64,000 nt of DNA, from IMG/VR virus record IMGVR_UViG_3300045988_106581, one strand, 5' to 3'. Below are positions 55,878-64,000 of this stretch, in pieces (the stretch's first letter is position 1; every line of letters begins with the position of its first letter). The notes beneath the pieces were generated by a model. The model was not told the origin of the DNA, did not search any database, and saw only the letters and a list, made by a program, of their open reading frames with translations. The position numbers and the translations under genes were made by a program. Source of the DNA: a virus.

Positions 55878-56243
55878 ATGAATCCGGTTGAATTTCTTAG
55901 TAACGGACAATTTAAGGCAAAGAATGGGGAAGATAAGTATTTTGTTAGAATCGCAAGGAAAGGAATGCCATACAAGACTATTTTTGTTCATTATAAAAAT
56001 GGTTTTAATTCCGAACTGATGCTTTCTAGTGAGGTCATTTCTGATGGAACACTTTATTTTACTTACGGAGCTATTAGAGACGTTATTCTGAATGCACTTT
56101 CTTTAGCCTATGATGAAAACAAGGCTGTTATATTAGGAGATATTTTAATTAGTTCTGAAACTGGAAGTTTTGGAACAAAAGAAAAGCCGTGGTTATGTGA
56201 TAAAACCGTTGTACGATTACCATACCAATTAGTTGAGGAGTGA
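55878..56243 (+). CDS. hypothetical protein (121 aa)
   Basis: ATG within ORF 55854..56243. Confidence 0.5.
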   Translation: MNPVEFLSNGQFKAKNGEDKYFVRIARKGMPYKTIFVHYKNGFNSELMLSSEVISDGTLYFTYGAIRDVILNALSLAYDENKAVILGDILISSETGSFGTKEKPWLCDKTVVRLPYQLVEE

Positions 56244-56247
56244 CACG

Positions 56248-56454
56248 ATGAACAGCAAAATTCCTATCAATGTAACCATTGACCCCGGTTCTTTGAGTAT
56301 TCCAACAAGTCCTATCTTCCAGAAGGAAAAGAACACATATCTCTGTCCGTTTTGTGTGACGAAGCTGGAGAAGCTTGAACCGAAATGTCCAGAGTGTCAT
56401 CGCAAGATGGATTGGAGTAGGTTTATTGAAAAGAAGGAGGAGATGTTCAGTTGA
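56248..56454 (+). CDS. hypothetical zinc-ribbon protein (68 aa)
   Basis: GAGGAG SD. Contains CPFC...CPEC. Confidence 0.45.
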   Translation: MNSKIPINVTIDPGSLSIPTSPIFQKEKNTYLCPFCVTKLEKLEPKCPECHRKMDWSRFIEKKEEMFS

Positions 56455-56729
56455 ATATAGATTTCTTCCAACGGCGCAAGACACAGCTTGAAGATACTCT
56501 TCTTTTGAAAAATCAGGCAGTCGATATGCTTGATTATCTAAAGACGCATTGTATCAATAACGACCAGTATTGTACCATTCGAGATTACATTGAAGAAGCT
56601 GCGAAGATTCTGGAGAGTGACCTCGAATACGCAAACAATAAGCTACAATCCGCATTCAAACCTAAGTATGGCCGGAACAACAGATTGACTCGTGCTCAAT
56701 CTAAGATGTTCCGTGATAGAGAATATTAA
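56451..56729 (+). CDS. hypothetical protein (92 aa)
   Basis: ORF track (TTG start). Confidence 0.4.
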   Translation: MNIDFFQRRKTQLEDTLLLKNQAVDMLDYLKTHCINNDQYCTIRDYIEEAAKILESDLEYANNKLQSAFKPKYGRNNRLTRAQSKMFRDREY

Positions 56730-56746
56730 AAATGGGGTGATGCCGT

Positions 56747-56959
56747 ATGAACACATGTAAGAAAATATGTAACTGGTGTGGTCGTGAAATCAAGCCGATA
56801 GGTAGCGAGCAGGGAATCAGTTTTGAGCATCAATACTCTTATGGTAGCCAACTTGATGGTTCGCTTTTGAGTTTTGATTTATGTCCTGAGTGTTCAGAAC
56901 GGCTCCCAATAGTGCTCGGCGCAATGTTTGTACATAATCCCTTAAAGGACGATTTCTAA
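56747..56959 (+). CDS. hypothetical zinc-ribbon protein (70 aa)
   Basis: ORF track. Contains CNWCG...CPEC. Confidence 0.45.
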   Translation: MNTCKKICNWCGREIKPIGSEQGISFEHQYSYGSQLDGSLLSFDLCPECSERLPIVLGAMFVHNPLKDDF

Positions 56960-57105
56960 CGGCGAGTGCCGTATAAAATATAAGCCATCAATAAGCCAAA
57001 CGGAGGAGAATACATAAAATGAATAGTGCATGAATTGATTCAAGACAACAAAAAAGAAACATAAATGATTATCAATGAAACAAAATTACATAAAGGAGAC
57101 TTGAT

Positions 57106-58209
57106 ATGGCAGATAGAATTTTTAATCTTCCTCAGACCCGTGGTTCTTTTGAGATGGCTGGTAAAGTTACCGGCACCCAGCGTAGTAACTTCTATAATGA
57201 GAAGGAAACTAAGAGTGGTGCTATGCGTCGTGTTCTGAGCTTTGGTGTTCAGACCTCCAATGAGAATACCTTCTATGTTGATCTGGCTGGTATGCCTCGT
57301 GATAAGGTCTACTTCTTCCGCCGTGCCGATAAGGACAAGGGCATCGAGAAGGATAAGAAGGAAGTCGCTTGGAAGGATCGCATGACCTATGTTGCACCGG
57401 AAGGTTACGACATGATTGGCGTTAAAGTTGGTGTTACCAAGAAGACGAATGAGTCTGGTAAGGTCGTCAATGACAACAAGACTCTGACTGATTTCGATGC
57501 AGCCAAGGAGATCTCTGAGAACCTGCATGACGGTGATAACGTGTATGTCCGTGGTAACATCGAGTACAGCACTTACAACGGCAAGCACCAGATTCGCTTT
57601 GTTCCTACTCAGGTTTCTCTGAGTTCTAAGGAAATCGACTTCGATGCAGAGGGTTTTGAAGAGCTGGCTCTGTTTACCCAGACCATTGTTTACACTGGTT
57701 GCCGCAAGAGTGATGAGGGCGATGAAGTAGTTGTCGATGCAAAGATCGTGAATTACAACACTATTGAGGATGCAGAGTTCTTCATTGACTATAAGGCAAA
57801 CACTCAGAATAAGGTTCTGGCCGATTCTATTCGTAAGCGTTTGAAGCCTTATACTAGTTTCGAGTGTTTTGGTCCCATCGTTAATCAGCAGAAGGTTGAG
57901 GAAGTTGAGACTGAGAATATCTGGGGTGGTCCTAACAAGATGAAGCGTCAGAGCACTCCGGCAGTTCGTAAGCTGTATATCGAGGGTGTTAATCCTGATT
58001 CCTTTGATCCGAATCCCGGCGATAAGGATGCAGAGCCTACCTATACTGAGGACAATATCTCCGAGGCACGGGCAAAGATCGCTGCCAACGCTCAGGCTAA
58101 GAAGGACTTCGATGGCAAGGCAGCTGAGAACGATACTTCTTGGTGGGGTGGTTCTAACAAGTCCACTGCGACTCCTGCTGATGAGGAAGAGGATGACTGG
58201 GGAGTGTAA
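57106..58209 (+). CDS. putative ssDNA-binding protein (367 aa)
   Basis: AAAGGAGA SD. Acidic C-terminal tail ..PADEEEDDWGV. It is the first gene of the replication cluster. The OB fold was not verified. Confidence 0.45.
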   Translation: MADRIFNLPQTRGSFEMAGKVTGTQRSNFYNEKETKSGAMRRVLSFGVQTSNENTFYVDLAGMPRDKVYFFRRADKDKGIEKDKKEVAWKDRMTYVAPEGYDMIGVKVGVTKKTNESGKVVNDNKTLTDFDAAKEISENLHDGDNVYVRGNIEYSTYNGKHQIRFVPTQVSLSSKEIDFDAEGFEELALFTQTIVYTGCRKSDEGDEVVVDAKIVNYNTIEDAEFFIDYKANTQNKVLADSIRKRLKPYTSFECFGPIVNQQKVEEVETENIWGGPNKMKRQSTPAVRKLYIEGVNPDSFDPNPGDKDAEPTYTEDNISEARAKIAANAQAKKDFDGKAAENDTSWWGGSNKSTATPADEEEDDWGV

Positions 58210-58219
58210 TTTTTAGTCT

Positions 58220-58240
58220 TAGCTAAGTAACACAGGATAC
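58220..58240 (+). promoter_or_regulatory. conserved 21-nt motif, copy 8 (rightward)
   Basis: TAGCTAAGTAACACAGGATAC, 36 nt before the ATG at 58277. Confidence 0.55.
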
Positions 58241-58276
58241 TTATAAAAGAAAAGATTTAGAGAGGAATTTACATAT

Positions 58277-59425
58277 ATGGCTATGATTCGTAAGGCATCT
58301 GCTGTTCGTAAGAAGCTTCATATGCTGATTTATGGTGAGCAGGGAACTGGTAAGTCTCGTACTGCAATGCAGTTGTGTTATCTGAAGAATGCAGACGGCA
58401 AGCCGTTCCGTGTTCTGTATCTGGATACCGAGAATGGTTCTATTGATAACTATACTGAGGAACTGGAAGCCAATGGTGTGAATCCTGACAATCTGCTGAT
58501 TGTTTACACCCAGTCTCTGGCAGAAGTTCAGGATTATATCAAAATGGTTACCAACGATGAGGATATCGAGGATGAGAATGGTGATGTTTATCTGGACGCA
58601 GATGGCAAGCCGTTCCGTGCCGACGCTCTGGTTGTTGACTCCGCATCTATTCTCAAGATGACAGCTACTCAGGGTCTCACCGCCTTCTCGCAGAAGCGTG
58701 CCAAGGTTAAGGCTGCATCTCAGGGTCTGACTGGTGATGAAAAGGCAGTCAAGATTGAGGGAGCTGGTATGGAGCTCAAGGATTTCAATACCCTGAACTT
58801 CAAGGGTCAGTCTCTGATTCTGGATCTGAATGCATCTGGCGTGAACTACATTGTTGTTTGCCGAGAGAAGGACGAGAAGCATACTAAGGTTGTGAATGGT
58901 TCTATCGTAAGTGAGCCCACTGGTCGCAAGATTCCTGATGGCTTCGCTGGTCAGGAGTACAACGTTGATACTGAGTTCCGTCTGTATTTCCAGGATGGTC
59001 AGCAGCTCGCTTTCTTTGATAAGGATCGTACTGGTATGCATAAGGGTGGTGAGGTCGTTGAGGATCTGACTCTGCTTGAGTATCAGGATATTATCTCTAG
59101 TAGCGCAAAGAATCGGGAGAACGTCATCAAGAACGGCCTGAACGATGCTGTTAAGACTGAGGTTAAGCTGAGTATGCGTGACCTTGGCATCGAAAACGAT
59201 GAGCCGGATGATGTTCCGGCAGATAAGAGTTCCGATAGTAAAGAGCCTTCTCTGGACGACATCAAGGCAAAGCTGAACGATCTGATTGCTTCTGCTTCTC
59301 CTGTGAAGAAGAGTGCAGCACAGAAGGCGGTTAAGGCGGCGGGTCTGTCTACCGCATTCCGTTCTATGACTGATATCGAGGAACTGAAGAAGGTCGCTGC
59401 AATTATGGAGAAGGAACTGGCTTAA
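58277..59425 (+). CDS. RecA-fold / AAA ATPase (Sak4-like recombination or replication ATPase)
   Basis: Walker A YGEQGTGKS and Walker B-like LVVDSAS. Confidence 0.5.
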   Translation: MAMIRKASAVRKKLHMLIYGEQGTGKSRTAMQLCYLKNADGKPFRVLYLDTENGSIDNYTEELEANGVNPDNLLIVYTQSLAEVQDYIKMVTNDEDIEDENGDVYLDADGKPFRADALVVDSASILKMTATQGLTAFSQKRAKVKAASQGLTGDEKAVKIEGAGMELKDFNTLNFKGQSLILDLNASGVNYIVVCREKDEKHTKVVNGSIVSEPTGRKIPDGFAGQEYNVDTEFRLYFQDGQQLAFFDKDRTGMHKGGEVVEDLTLLEYQDIISSSAKNRENVIKNGLNDAVKTEVKLSMRDLGIENDEPDDVPADKSSDSKEPSLDDIKAKLNDLIASASPVKKSAAQKAVKAAGLSTAFRSMTDIEELKKVAAIMEKELA

Positions 59426-60117
59426 TGGAACTAACCCGTAAATGCAAGATTTGCGGGAAGAACATTTTCATCGAGCGAGACCGTAGCACTTTTTTCTACG
59501 ACAAGACTGGTTTTTACCACAAAGATTGTTTTATAGAAAAAAAGAAAAATCAAAAACGCCCTTGGACAGATGACCTGCTGAGGGCATTTTTTGACAAAGT
59601 GAATGATACTACGGACAAAAAGGTCGATGATCTTCTTTCCAAAAAGAGAGAACAAGACCACAATCGTGAGCTTGCACATATCAAACAGGAAGAGAAAAAG
59701 ATTCTTTTCGACCATATTCGAGATACATACGCCCCGGCGGTTGTTCCTGGCAGCTTCTACTCGAAACTCACGCAGTTGATTTCCGGCAATTATTACAAAT
59801 ATAGAGGTTCTATTCCTCCGCTAGAACTTTACGATATGTGGGTTCTAGCGAAACCCCGACTAGATAAGATAATTGCCGAGAAAGAAGCGAAGGGTTGTGA
59901 TATGAGCCAGCGGTGGAATTACGATTTGGCTGTTTTGCTGGCTCAATATCCTAGTTATCTTGAACGAAAAGAAAAACTAGCTTCGATTCGCAGTGAAAGC
60001 GAAAGCAAAACGAAGGAAAACTTGACTGAAACGGTGCTGAAACGAATAAAAACAGTACCGAAACAGAGCAAAAACGAGAACGAAATTGATATAAATGCAA
60101 TTCTCGATGAGATATAA
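59425..60117 (+). CDS. hypothetical protein with an N-terminal zinc finger (230 aa)
   Basis: ORF track. Contains CKICGK...HKDC. Confidence 0.5.
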   Translation: MELTRKCKICGKNIFIERDRSTFFYDKTGFYHKDCFIEKKKNQKRPWTDDLLRAFFDKVNDTTDKKVDDLLSKKREQDHNRELAHIKQEEKKILFDHIRDTYAPAVVPGSFYSKLTQLISGNYYKYRGSIPPLELYDMWVLAKPRLDKIIAEKEAKGCDMSQRWNYDLAVLLAQYPSYLERKEKLASIRSESESKTKENLTETVLKRIKTVPKQSKNENEIDINAILDEI

Positions 60118-60134
60118 AAGAGGGAGGTGGATGA

Positions 60135-61658
60135 GTGGAACTCATTTCAAATATCCCGAACGAAATTCTATTTGTTGGCGCAATTTACAAGCATCCTGAC
60201 TATTTGGTCGAGTATGGGCATTATGTCAAGAGCAAGTACGATTTTGCCGATGAAGCAACAAAATTTTTCTACGACGCAGCGTTGATTATTTATGAAACTC
60301 GGACTCAGGAATTTAATAAAACGTCTGTTTTAACGTTTATGGCTGAAGACGAGTCCAGATTGTCCCAATATAAGCGGCTGAAGGGCTGGTCAACCATTGA
60401 ATACTACATGAGCCTTGCGAATGACGATGACATCAAGGGATATTTCAATATCCTGAAGAAATATTCGTTACTTCGTGAGTATCAGAGAAACGGATTTAAC
60501 ATTGAAGGAATCTTGAAACATCGACAGTTTGAAATGTTTGGTGCTCAGGACATTTACAAATTGATTCGTGGCAAGGCCGATAAGATCAATACAGTTATCA
60601 TTACAAACGATGATGCTGAGATTTTGAATAATGGTCTGCTGCCAATGGTCAATGAACGTCTGAGCGTTCCTGATATGGGCTTGCCGTTCCAGTATCCCAT
60701 CATGAACGATTTGTTCCGAGGATTGAAGCTGGGCACTGTGATGTTCAATGGTATGCCATCTAACGCTGGTAAGACTAGATACATGATGGCGATTGTTGCC
60801 TACGTCACATTGGTTCAAAAGCAAAAAGCTCTTTTGCTGCTGAATGAGATGGATCTTGAGTCAGTCCGGTATTGCTTATTGGTTACCGCCATCAATAATC
60901 CTGTGTTTCAAGAGTTGCATGGTCATCGCTTCCATAAGGATGAGCGAGAAATCACCCTTGGAATGTACCGGGATGCAAATGGAAACTTCATTTTCCGAAA
61001 GCAAAACGAAGACGGAGAATACATAGAAAGCATTGATGAGTTCACCGCTCGTGTCTATGAGGAAAGCGAAGAGTACCGCAATGTGCTTGATGTTTGCCAG
61101 TGGATTGAGAACGAATCACAAGGCTTGATTATCGCAAAGGATGTTTCTGCTGATTATAGTGATAAGTCCCTGCGATTTGAAATCCAGAAAGCAGCTCTCA
61201 CTCAGGGAGTTAAGTATGTGTTCTATGATACTCTAAAGAACGACATTGCATCGATTGGTGAATGGGCAGCATTCAAGGTCACGGCCACCGAGCTTGAAGA
61301 GATTGCGAAGAATCTAAAGATCTTTATCTACGGTAGTATTCAGTTGGCTGAAAATGCCCATGAGTATCTTCCTGATGAGCTGAATTCAAATAACATTGCT
61401 GAGTCAAAAATGATTAAGCATGTTGCTTGGACGATGGTTCTATTCAAGGAGATTCCAAAAGATAAGTTCGTGAAGTATCAATACATCTCTCATGACCCTG
61501 AGTGGGGCGGTGACTGTGCCCATCGGTTGAATCCAGATAAGCGGTATTACGTTGGAAACATCGATAAAAACCGTTTTGGTGAGAAAAAGAAAATCATGTT
61601 TGAAGTGAATTTGAACCAGAATATCTGGAAAGAGGTCGGTGTCTGCACCAGAAAGTAA
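60135..61658 (+). CDS. DnaB-like replicative helicase
   Basis: N-terminus ..ILFVGAIYKHPDYL. Walker A GMPSNAGKTRYM and Walker B-like YVFYDTL. Confidence 0.6.
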   Translation: MELISNIPNEILFVGAIYKHPDYLVEYGHYVKSKYDFADEATKFFYDAALIIYETRTQEFNKTSVLTFMAEDESRLSQYKRLKGWSTIEYYMSLANDDDIKGYFNILKKYSLLREYQRNGFNIEGILKHRQFEMFGAQDIYKLIRGKADKINTVIITNDDAEILNNGLLPMVNERLSVPDMGLPFQYPIMNDLFRGLKLGTVMFNGMPSNAGKTRYMMAIVAYVTLVQKQKALLLLNEMDLESVRYCLLVTAINNPVFQELHGHRFHKDEREITLGMYRDANGNFIFRKQNEDGEYIESIDEFTARVYEESEEYRNVLDVCQWIENESQGLIIAKDVSADYSDKSLRFEIQKAALTQGVKYVFYDTLKNDIASIGEWAAFKVTATELEEIAKNLKIFIYGSIQLAENAHEYLPDELNSNNIAESKMIKHVAWTMVLFKEIPKDKFVKYQYISHDPEWGGDCAHRLNPDKRYYVGNIDKNRFGEKKKIMFEVNLNQNIWKEVGVCTRK

Positions 61659-61667
61659 GGAACTACA

Positions 61668-62690
61668 ATGGTAAATATCGCAGATCTGAAAAATTACATT
61701 CTTGAAGAACAGCAGATTGAGCCGATTTTGGAAGAGCTTGGTTGCCATCACATTAGTCATAAGACTGGTTATTACCAGTGCGCAAATCCAGATGGTGACA
61801 ATAGAACGGCACTCTGCGTTTACGAGAATGAAAATCTTACTGCGGTAGATTACACACGAGATATTGCCAATGGAAAGACCAGTTGTGATTTGATTTCTGT
61901 CGTCCAGTTCTTTCTGGAACTGTCTTTCCCAAAAGCCATTAAGCAAATCTGCGAATGGGTTGGTCTTGACTACTATCACAACTTCGAGGAAGACCTTCCT
62001 AAAAGTATGCTGATTCTAAAAGAACTCATTGCCATGCAAAATGAAGGTGAAGAACACGAGGATGACCGTCCGATAGTCCCCATCTCCGAAGCTATCCTCG
62101 GTTATTATAAACCTTATGTGAACCAGATTTTTGCTGACGATGGGATATCTTATGAGACGCAGCAGGAGTTTGAGATTGGCTTTGATGAACTGACAAATAG
62201 AATCACGATTCCAATCAGAGATGAAATTGGCACTCTGGTTGGTGTAAAGGGAAGATATTTTGGTAAGCCTCCTGAAGGCGAATTAAAGTATCTATATCTT
62301 GAGCCGTGTGCCAGAAACCGTATTCTGTATGGTCTGTATAAGACAGAGCCATACATTAAGAATGAAGGTCTGGTATATGTTGGTGAAGCCGAAAAGTCTG
62401 TCATGCAGATGTGGAACATGGATGTTTACAACTGTGTGGCGACTGGCGGTAAGAAGGTTTCACAGAATCAAATTGAAATTTTAACACGTCTTTGCGTTGA
62501 TATTTGTTTTGTATTTGATAAAGACGTTCAGCTTAGTGAGCTTATGGTTCTCGCCAATCGATTTGTCGATGGCGTAAGTGTGTATGCTGTAGTAGATGAT
62601 AAAGGGATTCTGGATGAAAAGGAAGCCCCGACTGACAATCCTGAAAAATTTAAAGCATTGATTGAGAATTATGTTAGGAGAATTAAATGA
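61668..62690 (+). CDS. DNA primase (zinc finger plus TOPRIM)
   Basis: CHHISHK...YQCANPDG... and TOPRIM-like VYVGEAEKS and FVFDKD. Confidence 0.6.
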   Translation: MVNIADLKNYILEEQQIEPILEELGCHHISHKTGYYQCANPDGDNRTALCVYENENLTAVDYTRDIANGKTSCDLISVVQFFLELSFPKAIKQICEWVGLDYYHNFEEDLPKSMLILKELIAMQNEGEEHEDDRPIVPISEAILGYYKPYVNQIFADDGISYETQQEFEIGFDELTNRITIPIRDEIGTLVGVKGRYFGKPPEGELKYLYLEPCARNRILYGLYKTEPYIKNEGLVYVGEAEKSVMQMWNMDVYNCVATGGKKVSQNQIEILTRLCVDICFVFDKDVQLSELMVLANRFVDGVSVYAVVDDKGILDEKEAPTDNPEKFKALIENYVRRIK

Positions 62691-64000
62691 ATGTAAAACT
62701 CTGGAAGGGGAGTAGGAACGACCTATCAGACCCGATTGGAACGATTATGGAGAACAGAGGGGTTGAGGATTATAAGACCTACATGAACCTAGATGATTCT
62801 TGTTTGAATTCTCCGTGGGAACTGGACAACATGGAAGATGCTGTCCGGCTGTTGAACAAACATATTTGGAATAAGTCTATTATCTCTATCCTTGTAGACT
62901 GTGATGTGGATGGATTCACAAGTGCTTCAATGATGTTTCAGTATTTGAAGACGATTGGTTATTTTGGAAAAATTATTGTTCTGCATCATAGTGGCAAGGA
63001 ACATGGACTCTCTAAAGAAATTGAGATCCCACCTGAAACTACCTTGCTGATTATTCCTGATGCTGGTAGTAACGATGTTGAGCAGTGCAAGGAACTTCGT
63101 GATAAGGGCATCGATATTCTGATCCTTGACCATCACATCTGCGACAGAGAGAATCCTTACGCAGTAATCGTCAATAACCAGAATGGTACATATCCTAATA
63201 AGGAACTGTCTGGTGCTGGCGTTGTGTATAAGTTCCTTCAGGCTGTTGATGAATATAATTGGACTGATGTTGCAGATAGGTATCTTGATCTAGTGGCTAT
63301 CGGAAATATCGGTGATGTTATGGATATGCACTCGCATGAGACAAAGCGCCTTTGCACAAAAGGTCTGGCGCGAATTGTAAATCCGATGATTTGTGCTTTG
63401 GTTGAGGCGAATAGCTTCAACATCAAGGGTGATCCGACTATCAATGATGTTCAGTTCTATATCGTTCCGATGATGAACGCATTGATTCGTGTTGGCTCAT
63501 CTGAGCAAAAGAAGCGGATGTTCCGTGCGATGGTCGGTGAAGAACAGACTTTCCAGTACACTCCGACTCGTGGCAAGAATGCCGGTGTCACGATTGATGA
63601 GACTCTGGCGCAGCATGTAGCTCGCGAGTGCTCCTCTTGTAAGTATCAGCAAAACAAGACCAAGGACAAGGCCGTCGCGGAACTTCAAAACTGGATTTCT
63701 AAGTATGGAGCGGATAGAAGTAAAGTTTTATTTTGTAATTCCACTGGCATTCTGGACAGTAATTTGACTGGCGTTGTAGCAATCAAGCTGGCTGAAATGT
63801 ATGGTAAGCCTTGCGTACTACTTCGAGAGATGGCCTGCCCTGAAGAACCAGACGAAAATCAAGAGTATTTTGGTGGTTCAATGAGAAATCCTGATGGTTC
63901 TCCGATTGAAAGTCTAAAGGAGTTTTTAATGAGTACCGGAGATTTTGAGTCGGTTCTTGGTCATGATAATGCCGCTGGCGTAAAAATCAAGAAAAAAAAC
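62687..64000 (+). CDS. RecJ-like DHH-family exonuclease, partial (continues beyond right edge)
   Basis: The frame is open from the ATG at 62687 to the window end, so it is not in the ORF track. Motifs LVDCDVDG, IIPDAGS, ILDHH and GAGVVYK. Confidence 0.65.
   Translation, partial: MNVKLWKGSRNDLSDPIGTIMENRGVEDYKTYMNLDDSCLNSPWELDNMEDAVRLLNKHIWNKSIISILVDCDVDGFTSASMMFQYLKTIGYFGKIIVLHHSGKEHGLSKEIEIPPETTLLIIPDAGSNDVEQCKELRDKGIDILILDHHICDRENPYAVIVNNQNGTYPNKELSGAGVVYKFLQAVDEYNWTDVADRYLDLVAIGNIGDVMDMHSHETKRLCTKGLARIVNPMICALVEANSFNIKGDPTINDVQFYIVPMMNALIRVGSSEQKKRMFRAMVGEEQTFQYTPTRGKNAGVTIDETLAQHVARECSSCKYQQNKTKDKAVAELQNWISKYGADRSKVLFCNSTGILDSNLTGVVAIKLAEMYGKPCVLLREMACPEEPDENQEYFGGSMRNPDGSPIESLKEFLMSTGDFESVLGHDNAAGVKIKKKN

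Noticed and set aside
19406-58240. The 21-nt motif as a site-specific recombination (shufflon-type) site. The idea arose because one copy sits at the methyltransferase junction and copies occur in both orientations.
   Set aside because: Recombining any pair of copies does not restore the methyltransferase. The motif has no internal dyad. Its orientation and short distance to start codons fit a promoter better. This is kept only as a minor alternative.

Overview
This window is about 64 kb of a tailed dsDNA phage or prophage. Strong GGAGG-type Shine-Dalgarno sites point to a Firmicutes host, and the YonO-like and YonK-like genes give it an SPbeta-like flavour.

Layout:
- 1-11.5 kb, minus strand: late and structural genes. 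These are virion proteins, major capsid, scaffold/protease, portal, a large terminase split by a ~408-nt group I intron, and a small-terminase candidate.
- 11.8-12.8 kb, minus strand: a tRNA cluster that includes an amber-suppressor tRNA (anticodon CTA).
- 12.9-22.4 kb, minus strand: auxiliary genes. These are a metallophosphoesterase, PhoH, ClpP-like protease and a 927-aa YonO/RdRP-like single-subunit RNA polymerase.
- 22.4-24.9 kb: an ORF-free control or origin-like region with divergent copies of a conserved 21-nt motif, iterons and palindromes.
- 24.9-64 kb, plus strand: about 75 tightly packed ORFs, mostly small and uncharacterised. Recognisable genes are a Bro-N protein, tyrosine recombinase, DnaD-like protein, CX5R phosphatase, Lar-like protein, nucleotidyltransferase, SleB-like hydrolase, MazF-like toxin and a kinase-phosphatase-ligase RNA-repair enzyme. 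A second tRNA array is interrupted by an HNH endonuclease gene. The replication genes are an SSB-like protein, ATPase, DnaB-like helicase, primase and a RecJ-like exonuclease that runs off the right edge.

Most notable observations:
1. A cytosine-5 DNA methyltransferase lies in two pieces on opposite strands. They are bounded by an 11-bp inverted repeat whose recombination would fuse the pieces in frame, making it a candidate invertible switch. The gene is also circularly permuted.
2. A suppressor tRNA(CTA) occurs together with two in-frame TAG codons, and TAG is essentially absent as a terminator.
3. A 21-nt asymmetric motif sits 12-36 nt upstream of gene starts in a consistent orientation at five of its eight copies. 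It may be the promoter of the phage RNA polymerase.
4. The terL gene contains a group I intron.

All homology statements come from motifs read by eye and recalled from memory. No searches or folding programs were run.
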